Position numbers and translations under genes: made by a program. This document shows positions 41,801-51,362 of a stretch of 64,000 bases of DNA, one piece after another (within the stretch, counting starts at the first letter, position 1; each line of letters starts with the position of its first letter). This DNA comes from Okamejei kenojei (taxonomy: Eukaryota): positions 54,684,001 to 54,748,000 of the forward strand of contig CM069141.1 in the NCBI GenBank assembly GCA_035221665.1, read 5' to 3'. A model generated the notes under the pieces. It saw nothing but the letters and a program-made list of their open reading frames with translations, was not told where the DNA came from and ran no database searches.

Positions 41801-42617
41801 TGGGAGTTAATATCTTGCTGATCTGATCCTTTACTAGAAAGAGGTAAGGATCTTTGTGTAGGAAGGAACTGCTGATGTTGGTTTACACTGAAGATAGACA
41901 CAAAATGCTGGAGTAACTCAGCTGGACAGGCTGAGTCTCGATCTGAAACCTCACCCATTCCTTCTCCCCAGAGATGCTACCTGTCCCACATCAATTGTGT
42001 TTATTTAAGAATCTTTGTGTTTTTGTGTTCAGGACAATGTGTTTAGGACATTTGTATTCCATTTCTCAGTTCTTTTGTCAATGCATCTGCTGGTGCCATC
42101 CTTTAATTGTGATGTTTGCAATTATCACAGGGCACAGGCATGGTACACAACCCCCTAATCAACCTACAAATAATGTAAGTACATTGATTACCCTTGGAGA
42201 TTTCCCATGTCTAACAATATTATTTTCTGCAACAAATTGCCAGAGGGTGGTGAATCTGTGGAATTCATTGCCCCAAACGGAGGCTGAGTTATTGGGTATT
42301 TTTAAGGTGGGGAATGATAGATTCTTGATTAGTACGGACATCAAAGTTTATGGATAGAACACAGGAGAATGGGGTAGAGAGGAAAAAACAGATGTCATCA
42401 TCGAATGATGGAGCGGACTTCATGGGCCGAATGACCTAATTTTGCTGCTGTATCTCATGATCAAATTAAATTGATAAAGATGTTTTATGATGTAGAGTGA
42501 AGCAATAGCAAATCATTGCCATATCATTGCAACTTTTCTCTCTTTCAGAACCCGGTTTCTTCAGATGAAGACGGTTCATCTGTCATCTATGCACAGATAG
42601 CACAAACAAAAATTTGA
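5169..42617 (+). CDS. Gene A (whole span): type I membrane IgSF receptor with 8 Ig domains, (V-C2-V-C2)x2, plus TM and an ITIM-bearing tail; CD4/LAG-3/G6F/DICP-related (WxC clan)
   Basis: 16 coding exons with GT-AG boundaries and compatible phases: 5169-5256, 6908-7249, 10390-10656, 14461-14802, 18201-18450, 21500-21844, 23872-24144, 24249-24587, 26593-26859, 30338-30445, 33180-33278, 35957-36034, 36735-36809, 38775-38831, 42131-42174, 42549-42617. They sum to 3043 nt, one nt too many because of the D4 exon; about 1013 aa if corrected. Confidence 0.85.
6908..7249 (+). CDS. Gene A D1 exon: V-type Ig domain lacking both canonical cysteines
   Basis: tttgacag|GT...AAAG|gtaagt, 342 nt, phase 1-1. 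Contains EIVLKGPEHP...LKWKPHS...IKIRQPAFNFAGLFTLIQ...YELFGLK and is clearly homologous to D5. Confidence 0.85.
7990..9260. repeat. Unclassified interspersed repeat with an internal duplication and minisatellites (possibly a Helentron-type non-autonomous element)
   Basis: About 8350-8660 is repeated at about 8970-9250. Units of about 42 nt occur x3 at 8205-8330, and ggcaactttaatta and 31-nt gcatttccaaaccaaaggcaacacagcttta arrays lie at 8662-8870. Both copies end cttttaNtNatatag. Confidence 0.5.
10390..10656 (+). CDS. Gene A D2 exon: C2-type Ig domain
   Basis: tttccacag|...CATG|gtaagt, 267 nt. VEISPQQPVVGNDVTLSCTIS...LHWRP...LMIRHVTVEDGTYVCDV shows the B-strand Cys, C-strand Trp and DxxYxC. 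Confidence 0.92.
12431..14049 (+). mobile_element. Tc1/mariner DNA transposon with decayed transposase
   Basis: Flanked by TA; long TIRs (cagtgccctccataatg / cattatggagggttctg). Transposase remnants TTVRRRLHE...KPLV, QDNDPKH and SPDLNPIE, with stops and frameshifts. Confidence 0.92.
14461..14802 (+). CDS. Gene A D3 exon: V-type Ig domain
   Basis: tttattgcag|...AAAG|gtagga, 342 nt. ELQLNCY...EWIWSS...FTAKIVPVLFEDAGVYKC. Confidence 0.92.
15189..15324. other. Assembly gap (136 N) in the D3-D4 intron
   Basis: Run of N. Confidence 0.99.
15325..15725 (-). repeat. Fragment of the repeat family also present at 34650-35840
   Basis: Reverse-complement similarity to 35640-35840 (gaccaatc.gcgcgg.gctga.tggcag...gaacgaaactt). 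Confidence 0.55.
18201..18450 (+). CDS. Gene A D4 exon: C2-type Ig domain with WxC motif; 1-nt frameshift near 18220-18223 in this assembly
   Basis: ctttccaaag|TTACAGCT...AGTG|gtaagt, 250 nt (not a multiple of 3). VTAEETE/GDTITLTCSVSH...LVWINGND...LTIQKADEDQWDWKCGVF. It reads actgaGGGGagac where paralogous D8 reads actgaGGGagac. Confidence 0.85.
18543..18830 (+). mobile_element. tRNA-derived V-SINE (HE1-like), representative copy
   Basis: gggcggcacggtggcgcagtggtagagttgctgcc head plus a V-domain-like core. Further copies at about 4787-5075, 5275-5435, 5600-5910, 6430-6690, 11443-11650, 17050-17290, 22225-22500, 24677-24890, 28545-28680, 39970-40270, 40490-40765, 41400-41610, 45706-45950, 59470-59620 and 62610-63615. 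Confidence 0.85.
19532..21040 (-). mobile_element. Two tandem GC-rich non-autonomous retroposons with microsatellite 3' tails (Rex/Babar-like ends)
   Basis: (cataat)n and (gatacaaat)n tails followed by tttatt, CpG-rich bodies, and related sequence at 20140-20200 and 20880-20960. Confidence 0.5.
21053..21272. mobile_element. Palindromic MITE (PIF/Harbinger-like)
   Basis: TIRs aagggcctgtcccactttcac / gtgaaagtgggacaggcctt, flanked by TTA/TAA. Confidence 0.7.
21500..21844 (+). CDS. Gene A D5 exon: cysteine-less V-type Ig domain (paralog of D1)
   Basis: tccttgcag|...AAAG|gtaagt, 345 nt. KFVLKGPDSP...WEWRPHS...LRIRKPIFEHAGLFTWTQ...WELFGIK. Confidence 0.88.
23872..24144 (+). CDS. Gene A D6 exon: C2-type Ig domain (paralog of D2), F-strand Cys replaced by Trp
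   Basis: tttccacag|...CAGG|gtgagt, 273 nt. VEADSPRPVMGSDITLSCTISRLPDTVSLHWKP...NLYTWEAQ. Confidence 0.9.
24249..24587 (+). CDS. Gene A D7 exon: V-type Ig domain (paralog of D3); absent from the ORF track
   Basis: tcttgcag|...ACAG|gtaggt, 339 nt open frame: DLHNKTYTVYRSVTDHNKLDLICEASAEFIETKWTWRS...FSVRIVPIRFEDAGVYTCSVSSYEYVTIELITVT. Separated from D6 by a 104-nt intron. Confidence 0.92.
26593..26859 (+). CDS. Gene A D8 exon: C2-type Ig domain with WxC motif (paralog of D4)
   Basis: ttaaacag|...ATGA|gtaagt, 267 nt. VTAEPSDAVTEGDTVTLTCSVSH...LVWINDD...LIIPKADGARRKWKCVVF. Confidence 0.92.
26992..28368 (+). mobile_element. Penelope-like element, 5'-truncated (RT C-terminus, GIY-YIG endonuclease, 3' tail)
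   Basis: MGPSYTCLF...YLRYIGDCF...FLDL and CTSSNLIYCI...YIGETKRRLGDRF. Possible TSD aatcttcc at 26984-26991 and 28373-28380. Confidence 0.9.
30338..30445 (+). CDS. Gene A transmembrane exon
   Basis: tttttgttttaacag|...ACAG|gtaaag, 108 nt. KYTFKHYPVLITGTLALLLIIVLVVVLCLRKCKLT has an uncharged TM, a basic stop-transfer segment and juxtamembrane cysteines. Confidence 0.9.
30645..31530 (-). mobile_element. Rex1/Babar-clade LINE RT 3' fragment, inserted into a CR1 tail
   Basis: KYADDTRVVGLI...YREEV and KFLGVQI...FYRGTIESILSSCISVWFG. Confidence 0.85.
33180..33278 (+). CDS. Gene A cytoplasmic exon 1 (HLYSNT)
   Basis: gggcag|...CAAG|gtaata, 99 nt, phase 1-1. GLGNQRQKPPQSNRNIEDEFHLYSNTNEIHQTQ. Confidence 0.75.
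33763..33972. mobile_element. Palindromic element made of two inverted Penelope 3'-tail copies (representative)
   Basis: acaaaatgctggagt...tctggatagaaggaatgggt / acccattccttctatccaga...actccagcattttgt. Similar hairpins at about 4310-4520, 7330-7612, 25105-25275, 29178-29330 and 54865-55060. Confidence 0.7.
34652..35840 (+). repeat. Unclassified interspersed repeat with a long C/T low-complexity tract and CpG-rich body
   Basis: Starts actagac; pyrimidine tract at about 34770-35225; the 3' part matches 15325-15580 in reverse. Confidence 0.5.
35957..36034 (+). CDS. Gene A cytoplasmic exon 2 (AEYMAV)
   Basis: tttattttccag|...GAAG|gtaaat, 78 nt. GSNKTLIPETNHKAEYMAVNRKSKKE. Confidence 0.8.
36735..36809 (+). 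CDS. Gene A cytoplasmic exon 3 (AEYSNV), duplicate of exon 2
   Basis: tttattttccag|...CAAG|gtaaga, 75 nt. GVKKTPYPETDDFAEYSNVNRKPTQ. Confidence 0.8.
37584..37712 (+). repeat. G/A-rich low-complexity tract (G-quadruplex-prone)
   Basis: Near-continuous G runs. Other homopolymers at about 9891-9922 (C), 16657-16680 (G) and 17845-17877 (C). Confidence 0.8.
38775..38831 (+). CDS. Gene A cytoplasmic exon 4 (ITIM IHYGSI)
   Basis: tctctgcag|...GATG|gtaaag, 57 nt. DTEEDIHYGSISFEPKASD. Confidence 0.82.
41084..41405 (+). mobile_element. CR1 3' tail fragment
   Basis: GESRTKGHSLRI...FTQRVVNLWN followed by a (tttctatg)n tail. Confidence 0.8.
42131..42174 (+). CDS. Gene A 44-nt micro-exon (phase 1 to 0)
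   Basis: attatcacag|GGCACAGG...AATAAT|gtaagt encodes GHRHGTQPPNQPTNN. It is needed to put the last exon in frame, and gene B has a micro-exon of identical length and phase. Confidence 0.75.
42549..42617 (+). CDS. Gene A terminal coding exon (ITIM VIYAQI)
   Basis: tctctttcag|AACCCG encodes NPVSSDEDGSSVIYAQIAQTKI*, with TGA at 42615-42617. Confidence 0.82.
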   Translation, partial: NPVSSDEDGSSVIYAQIAQTKI

Positions 42618-42885
42618 ATAATCTCCAGAGATTAGAAAAGAAAATGGACTGGATATGTGGAAGGAAAGAGTTTTCTGAATTGAAATCTTAACTTTAGAAC
42701 TATTGCATAGCTTTCATCCTTTGTACATGCCCTGAATTAACAAAATCACAGCATCAGGCTTTTTAAGTACAAACTTCACTTTCGAATAATGGGTTTGAAG
42801 TAGGAATAGATTTTTTTAAATATAGTTTGAACATTTCTTCTTGGCTTTTGCAGATGTTATGTAAAATAGCAGATACATTATGAAA

Positions 42886-42971
42886 AATAAATTGAACTTT
42901 TCAGATAGGTTTCCTGCCAATTCAACTACCATTTCAGAATTTAAATAACTAACAATGATAATTTAAATAAA
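42886..42971 (+). promoter_or_regulatory. Candidate polyadenylation signals of gene A
   Basis: AATAAA at 42886-42891 and 42966-42971, downstream of the stop codon. Confidence 0.35.
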
Positions 42972-43734
42972 GCATTGAAATCCAGGTGACGTGTGGAAGT
43001 AGGAATCATTTTTTTTAAATATAGTTTCAACAATTCTTAGCTTCTGCAGATGCCATGAAAAGTGGATGCAGATACATGGCATCGGACATTTTAGATCATT
43101 TTGCTGATGCAATGTACAATGGAAGCAGGTAAAATGTGCAAAGTAAATTGAACAAGTTAGATCATTTTGCTGCCAATTCAGAATTGCAATAACTAACAGT
43201 GACAATTTAAATACAATATTGAAATACGGCATTCCAGAGGGAATGTGCGAACGCCACATGGACTGGAGATCAGGATTGAACCCAGGTCCCGAGAGCTGTG
43301 TGGTAGCCCCACTATTCACTATTCTGCTCGAACACTCTTTCTGGTAATGCAATGTTTAATTTATTTTGTTTTTATGACTCCAAAATGTGTAACTTGATGT
43401 TACACCAAATGCGTCTGTTTCCATTGTTTACCAATGGGACTTCCATCTTATTTTGCTATCCTTCAGTATCTCCCCCTGAAACAATCATTTCAACAGAGTG
43501 TTTCTTTCAATCAATCAAACTAGTACACATTTTGCATATCTTCTCTACTTTTCACTTCTATTTCCTACAAATAAACTATGGCCTTTGATTTGTTTTACTT
43601 ATAGTTTATTTATCCCATGTCATTAGTTTTTGTGATTGTGTTTTTCTACTCTAACAGCCCTTTGGTCCTTGACCTATTTATGTTCTTCTCTTGCAGATGC
43701 TTTGTATCTGCCTTATTTATCTTCCCTAAACCAT

Positions 43735-44600
43735 ATAGAGTCAAAGGGTCATACAGCTTGGAAACAGGCCCTTTGGCCCAACTTACCCATACCAGCCAAC
43801 ATGTCTCAGCTACACTAGTACCACCTGCCTGCATTTTCCCATATCATTCTAAACCTGTACTATCCATGTACCTGTCTAAATATTTCTGAAATGTTGCCTG
43901 CCTTAACTACTTCCTCTGGCAGCTCATTCCATACACCTACCAACCTTCCTATTAAACCTTTCCCCGCTCACTTTACACCTATGTCCCCTGGTTCTCGATT
44001 CCCCTATTCTGGGCAAGAGACTCTGTGCATCTAGCCAATCTATTCATATCATGATTTTGTACACCACAATAAGATCACTCCTCATTCTCCAGCACCCCAA
44101 GCAATAGAGTCCTAGCCTGCTCAACCTCTCCCTATTGCTCAGGCCTTCAAGTCCTGGCAACATCCTCATAAATCTTCTCTTTTATAGCTTGACAACATCT
44201 TTCCTATAACATGGTGCCCAAATCTGAACACAATAATCTAAATGCGGCCTCACTCTAAATGCCTTATAAAACTACAACTTGACCTCCCAACCTCTATGCT
44301 CTGATGAACGTCAATGTGCCAAAAGCCTTTTTGACCACCCTATCTACCTGTGATGTCACTTTCAATGAACTATGTACCTGTACTCCTAGATTCCTTCGCT
44401 TTACAACAATCCCCAGAGCCCTACTGTTCACTGTGTATGTTGTATCCATGATAGTCCTCCCAAAATGCACCACCTCACATTTCTCTGTATTAAATTATAT
44501 CAACCATTCTTCAGCCTACCTGCCCAACATTCAAGATCGTGCTGCAATTTTTGCAAACCATCTTCACTATCTACAATACTATCCACTTTTGTGTCATCTT
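43735..44600 (-). mobile_element. Older CR1/L2-type LINE 3' fragment
   Basis: Degenerate antisense RT C-terminal sequence with a LINE tail (ggaaacaggccc...). Confidence 0.6.
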
Positions 44601-46631
44601 CAACCTACAATACCTGTCGAAATCGATTTGCCACTTGTATAGAATGTAAAGAGATGTTTTTCTTTCTCTTCTGTAGAAACTATTAAGTGAGCATCTAAGC
44701 TCAATCCAGTTAACCACAAGTGAGCATTTATTGTGGCAGTTCCAGTCACCAAACAGTGCCTGCACTATTTGTGTCCTGGACTATGAAAGAAAACAGTCCA
44801 CAGTTCATTTCCTCCACACTCACTAAGTCTTGTGTCACAGTTTCTTATGCAATTTTTTTGTTGAAAAATAGCAGATTGCATGAAACTGCACTGACGAGCA
44901 GATATATCTTCATAAAATAGCATTTAACTGATAGCTGAACCCTAATTGAATGTAAAATGTTCAGTATTTGCACCTGAAGGACTGTCAGGTGCACTCTATC
45001 GGTTTTGCAATGTTTCAGAAATCATTTTTAAGTGTCCTTCCTTTCAAAATGGTCTAGTTGGATCCCTCTTCAAAGCATGGAAGATCTTGCTCCAGCTGTG
45101 AGACCATAGCATAACCCATTCAACAGTCCAATGATATGTTCAGCCTCATCAGCATCTAATATTCCAGAACAAAGATACCCTGTGCAGCAATGGAAGGCAT
45201 TACAGATACTTGAATTTTAAATTGAACACATTGCACCGGGCTTTGTTGGTCAGGAGCAAGTTCTATGGATGGGCTGAATGTCTGAACGTTTTCTAGGTTT
45301 GAATAGCCTACATCAGTCCAGGAGTTGGTAGCTGGTGTGTTCTGTGCTGATGAGTGGCTATAACCTGAAAACTCTGGATAAGAGAAGTTTCATCGAAGGG
45401 AGAGAAATGTAGCAGAATTAATTGTTCGATTTGTTGTATTCTTCCAACATAAATTACAATGGTGCCATCTTAACCGCAGGGGAGCGTGAGGAGCAAAATA
45501 GAAATAGTTGCACAATGATGGTGACCACAGTTACTCTGTGTTCTTTAAAATGAAGATCAATATGTGGAACTCCTATCGTACTGTTTGCTTAATAGTAAAC
45601 TTCTGATGAACCCTGAAAACTTAGTTCCCAGGGCCGATCCAGGGGTGACATCACCAAGGATCCCAATGGCAAACGTCCCCCTCTATGTTGTGAAGGAGTC
45701 ACAATGGCAGCACAGTAGCGCAGCTGGTGGAGCTGCTGCCTCACAGTGCCAGAGATCCAGGTTCGATCCCCATCTCGGGTACTGTCTGTGTGGAGTTTGC
45801 ACGTTCTTCCTGTTACCGCATGGCTTTCCTCAGGGTGCTCCGGTTTTCTCCCACAACTCAAGGAGTCGATTAGAAAGTGAGATAACATAGAACTAATGGG
45901 AACTGTTAATCAATGGTCGGCATGGATTCGGCAGGCTGTATCTTTAAACTAAAAATGGTTGCTTAACAATGAGCAGCTTTGCTTCAAAGTTTTTTTTTTT
46001 TTTTTTTTTTAATTTTTTTATTATAGAAACAAAGTAATTACAAAGTACACTCTTATACGACGATAAAAAATACATGATAATAATGATAAATTGATACTGT
46101 TTATATTATTTGTAATATTATTAATTATACATATTAAGGTTGTTTATTTTATATAATTGGGAGTATGTGGTATTAATAGTACATTCCTAGTATTAGCAAT
46201 ATACTCATACTACCCATGATATCCATATTTCCTCTGATTTCCAAATACAGGTCCCCATGTTATAATTGATAATACACAATATTATCCGAACTTCTATGAT
46301 ATTCATTATATTTTCATAATATTAAGAATGTTTGTATTATTATTGACTTTAAATTCCTAAATTATTATATAGTTGAAAATACACAATTTTATATAATTGA
46401 AAGTACAAGACATTAATAATATTTTCATACAACCAGTGATATCTATATTCGTACTAATATTAAGAATTTAATATAATGTGTTTCTATACTTTTTTCTAAT
46501 TAAGCATAGGAAAATAGAAAAGAGAGTATGGAAAGTTTGATGGAGATTGGAATATTACTCATTAATCCGTCCTTGGAGATATATTCATGATTTATTATAT
46601 ATATTTCTTCATCCATTCAGATATTCAGGCC

Positions 46632-49600
46632 TCAGTCAAGTCCTCGCGCCGAACCATTATGACCCTGTAAATATTTAATATATGGAGACCAAATCCCTTT
46701 GAAGAGATCTAACCTATCCATAAGGACAAGCCTCAATCTCTCCAAGTGAAGTGTCTCCGACATTTCTGTATTCCACATTTTAATTGTTGGGGATGCAGGG
46801 CCTTTCCAAAATTTTAGTATTAATTTTTTCCCAATTATTAAACAATAGTCGATAAAAATTCTTTGGTTCATTGTAATTAGTTGGTCCGTTTCAAGTATTC
46901 CAAGTATTATTAACTTTGGATCAGAAGTCATAGTAATATTAATAACATTCGAAATTATCTTAAATATTTCGTTCCAGTATTCTACAATTTTTATACAATT
47001 AGTAAATGAATGTGACAAATTTGCTTCTGAGATTTGACATTTATCACATATAGGAGATAATTTTGGAAATATATTATGTAATTTAGATTTGGAATAATGT
47101 AGTCTATGTAGAATTTTAAACTGTATAAGGGCATGTTTAGCATTTAACGAGCAATGATGTATGTGCTGTAAGCTTTCGTCCCATATTTCTGGTCTTATTA
47201 TTTGACCTAATTCATTTCCCCAAAGCTGTCTATGTGTTTCCGTTGATGGGATATCACTTTCCAATAAAAATATTATAAATATATGATATCATTTTTTCTG
47301 TATTTGGATGTTTATTCAAGCATTCATCTAAAATTTCAGTCTTTCTATTTCTAAGTTCTTGTGTATTTGCAGAAACATAGTTTCTGATTTGTAAATATCT
47401 AAAATATTCATTATTGTGTAGTCCATAAGTTTGTTGTAACTCTTGAAATGAAAGAAAAAAGTTTTCCTTATAAAGATCACCCATGTTAAAGATTCCTTTA
47501 TTTTTCCATTGTAAAAAAGCCTTATCCATCGTTGAAGGTTTAAACGTAAAATTATTGGCAATGGTAAGACCTAATGGTATAGATTTTAATTTTAATGTTT
47601 TCTTTATTTGTTTCCAAATGCGGATTCCGTTTTCTATTATCGGATTTTCACTATAAATTTTCTTAGCTACGTTAGTGTTAGCGAATATTATAGAACTAAT
47701 TTCAAATGGAGAACAATCTTCTTTTTCCATTTTTAACCAGTTTGGTTTGTTATCTATTTCTTCTAGCCAAAAATTCATATTTTTAATATTAACTGCCCAG
47801 TAATAAAACATAAGATTTGGTAATGCTAATCCCCCATTTATTTTAGCTTTACATAAGTGTTTTTTATTTATTCTGTGGTTCTTATAATCCCAGATAAAGT
47901 TAGTAATTAGGGAATCTACTTTTTTAAAAAAAATTTTAGGGAGGTATATCGGGATTAATTGAAATAAATATAATAATTGTGGGAGAAAAATCATTTTTAT
48001 CGCATTGATTTTACCTAACATTGAAATAGGTAAACTTTTCCAGTATAAAATATTCTTATTTAATTTATTCAGTAATAAAGGGAAATTAAATTTAAATAAA
48101 GAATCAAATCTTTTTGTAACGAAAATGCCAAGATATTTGATATTTTCATTTGTTATCTTGAAAGGAAATTGTTGTAATATATGTAAATTATTCATCGTTA
48201 TTGGCATAAGTTCACTTTTATTCCAATTGATACTGTATCCTGAGATTGATCCAAATTCCGTTATTAGTTTTAACAAATTTCGAATACTTGTTTCCGGTTC
48301 AGTGATATAAAGTAATACATCATCCGCATATAACGAGATTTTATTCTTAGTATCTTTAGTATCATATCCATGTATTTCCGGGTGTAATCTCACCCTTTGG
48401 GCGAGAGGTTCTATTGCTAGCGCGAACAATAAAGGTGATAGAGGACAGCCTTGTCTACAACCTCGAGATAAACTAAATTTAGTTGATAACATACGGTTTG
48501 TTGTTATTCTAGCTGTTGGGTTTTGCATATAACAATTTAATCCAAGTAGTAAACTTCTCTCCGAGCTTGAAAGCTTCCATCACCGAAAATAAATAAGGCC
48601 ATTCCACTTGGTCAAAAGCTTTTTCTGCATCCAGCGAAATAACTACTAAATCTTTTTTATCACTTCTTTTCGAATATATAATATTAAATAACCGTCTTAG
48701 ATTGTATGAGGAATATCTTTTAGGTATAAATCCTGTTTGATCGGGATGAATTAATTTGTTAACAACTGAACTTAATCTTTGTGCTAATATTTTTGTTAGT
48801 ATCTTTGATCCGTATTTAATAGAGCTATTGCTCTATATGATCCTGGTTCATCCAAGTCTTTATTTATTTTGGGTATAAGTGTTACAATAGACTCGTTCAG
48901 CATATCTGGTAATTTCTGTTGTGTATATATCTGTTCATATAATGATTTCAAACATGGGACCATATGATCATGAAAAATTTTATAAAATTCCGAACCTATA
49001 CCATCCGGTCCCGGTGTTTTACCATTTTTTAATGATCTAATAGATTCTTGGATTTCTTTTATTGAAATATCAGCATTTAATAATTCTCTATTTTGTAAAT
49101 CCAATCCTTTTAAGTTACATATTTTTAAAAAAAGCAACTATTTCTGTTTTATTTACTGTCGCTTTAGCAGTATATAGATTTTTATAATATTGCATAAATC
49201 TTTCATTAATATCTTTAGGTTGTATTAATAATTCACCATTTTGTGATTTAATCCTATGTATAATTTTTTCAGCTTCAATTTTCCTTAATTGTCGAGCCAA
49301 TAATTTTTGGGGTTTGTCTCCAAATTCAAACTGTAATTGTTTAGTATGTTGATAAAATTTTAAAACTTGATCTGTATATATTTTATTTAATTTATATTTC
49401 AATGCTACAATTTTATTATGTATTATTATATCTGGTTTTGTTGCATTCTGTATATCTAATTGTTTAATCTCCCTTTCCAAGTCCTGTTGTTCCTTCCGAA
49501 TCTTTTTATTATGAAATGCTTGTGAAGAGATCATAATTCCCCGAAGATATGCTTTAAATGTTTCCCATAATAAAGAGCGAGATATTTCTGGTTGATCATT

Positions 49601-50440
49601 TATTTCAAAAAAAATCTTAATTTGAGTTGTAATATATTCCTGAGTGGTTTTATTTTTTTTAATTTGTGGATTAAGTTTCCACTGTCCTAAATTTTCTGTT
49701 TTACCATTTATTTTAATTTTAAATGTTAATGGTGCATGATCTGAAATTATAATATTATGATATTTGGGTTCGTAAGTAAGTGAGATAAGCTTTGCATCTA
49801 CCAGAAAATAATCTATTCTTGAGTAAGTTTTATGTACTGGTGAGTAAAAAGAGTATTCTCGACCCGTAGGGTTTTCTGTTCTCCAAACATCTTTAATATT
49901 AGTCGTTTGGATATATGCATTTAGTAAATCACTGGAATGTGATTTAGTTTTTCTTTGTTTTGAAGATCTGTCTAGGTAAGGGTCTAATGTACAATTAAAA
50001 TCTCCTCCAATTATCAAATTATATTGTGTTAATTCCGGAATATTGTTAAGTACTTTCTTAAAAAACAAAGGGCTATCAAAGTTTGGTCCATATATATTAA
50101 CAAAAATCATTTTTTCTGTGTTTATTTCTCCTATCACAATAATGTATCTGCCATCTTTATCAGATATGGTTGATGTATGCTTAAATAAAGTACCTTTACG
50201 AAATAATATTGCTACACCTCTTGATTTATGCGTAAAAGAGGAATGATATATTTTATCTATCCATTTAGCTTTCAACCTGTTTTCAGCGTCTTTTTTTAAG
50301 TGGGTTTCTTGAATGTAAATTACGTCAGCCTTTAAATGTGCCAATACTTTTCCTCTCTTTATTGGTTCATTAATACCTTTAACATTCCAACTGCAAAACG
50401 TTAACCCCTCATTCCCCGTGTTTCTTTTTAAGTCTTGCAT
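46632..50440 (-). pseudogene. L1 ORF2 (endonuclease, RT, C-terminal zinc knuckle) split by several small indels
   Basis: SWNVKG, QETH, GGDFN, SRIDY and SDH (EN). PGPDG, GCRQGCPLSP, YADD and KYLG (RT). CDKC...HSF..C. Confidence 0.9.
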
Positions 50441-51362
50441 TTTAGGTTTGTGGAGATCTACAATAGAGTCTAAGGATCAGCGCAGTAGACCCAACCTTAC
50501 ACCCGAACACCGAATAGATGAATTTTAAATCTCTTTTATGTACCTCACGAATATATCTCCATTGGTCCAATGTGTAACTCCATTCAAACTGAAAAATACA
50601 ATAGATATAAAAGGATAGTAAAGAATAGTTAAAGAAATTAATAGTATGTGTAAAGAAAGAAAGAACTACAACTAAAGTAGTTGTAGTTTGTGCTAGCCAT
50701 ACTAACTTGGCAATACATCTAAGGACTTCCGGCATTGATGTTATTAACTTGGCCAGCTCCTAGATTTAGGGAATTATTATTCCATAATAATATTTTAGCG
50801 GGGGTATAATATTAAAGGAAAGAAAAAAGAGGTAGGGATCATCATATGAAGGTATCTATATCTAAAATTAACTTAGAAATCTAAGCAGTATTAAACATAA
50901 AGAATATAAAGGCTATATATAAAAAAAAAGGGGGATACGAAAATACTATAGAACAAGGAGTAAAAATTTAAAGTACAAAATGAAAATTGTTATTAAAAAG
51001 AAAGATCTCCAAATGAGATCCATCGCTATATTTAACTCTATTCATTAACGAGACATTAGTTGTTAATTATTAGTGATATTAATTAGCAATAGTGAGCAAT
51101 CTTGATTAATAAAAATCATACTAATAATAAAACCGCGTTGTGATTTTAGTATATGTGTTATTTGTTTATGTTAGTTATATGTTAAGACTAATTGTCAGTA
51201 TCCAGAAAACGCCTTCCAATCCAGTTTTTTCCTCTTCATTCCATACGGCATTGTCCATTCCTTCTAGTCCCATATTATCATATGAAATCTCACAGGGTGT
51301 TAAGAGTCCGTGTTGGGTCTCTAAAAGTAGTAAGAGTCAGTATGTTTGCTTGTAGATACTTT

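Noticed and set aside
5169-42617. Calling gene A CD4 or LAG3
   Set aside because: It has eight domains, a Cys-less D1 encoded by one exon (CD4/LAG-3 D1 is split by an intron), no WxC in D2, no CxC Lck motif, no acidic EP-type tail and no visible synteny. No symbol was assigned.
45480-45615. An additional minus-strand terminal exon (GSSEVYY*)
   Set aside because: Gene B already terminates at 54174, the motif is incomplete, and there is no matching upstream donor.
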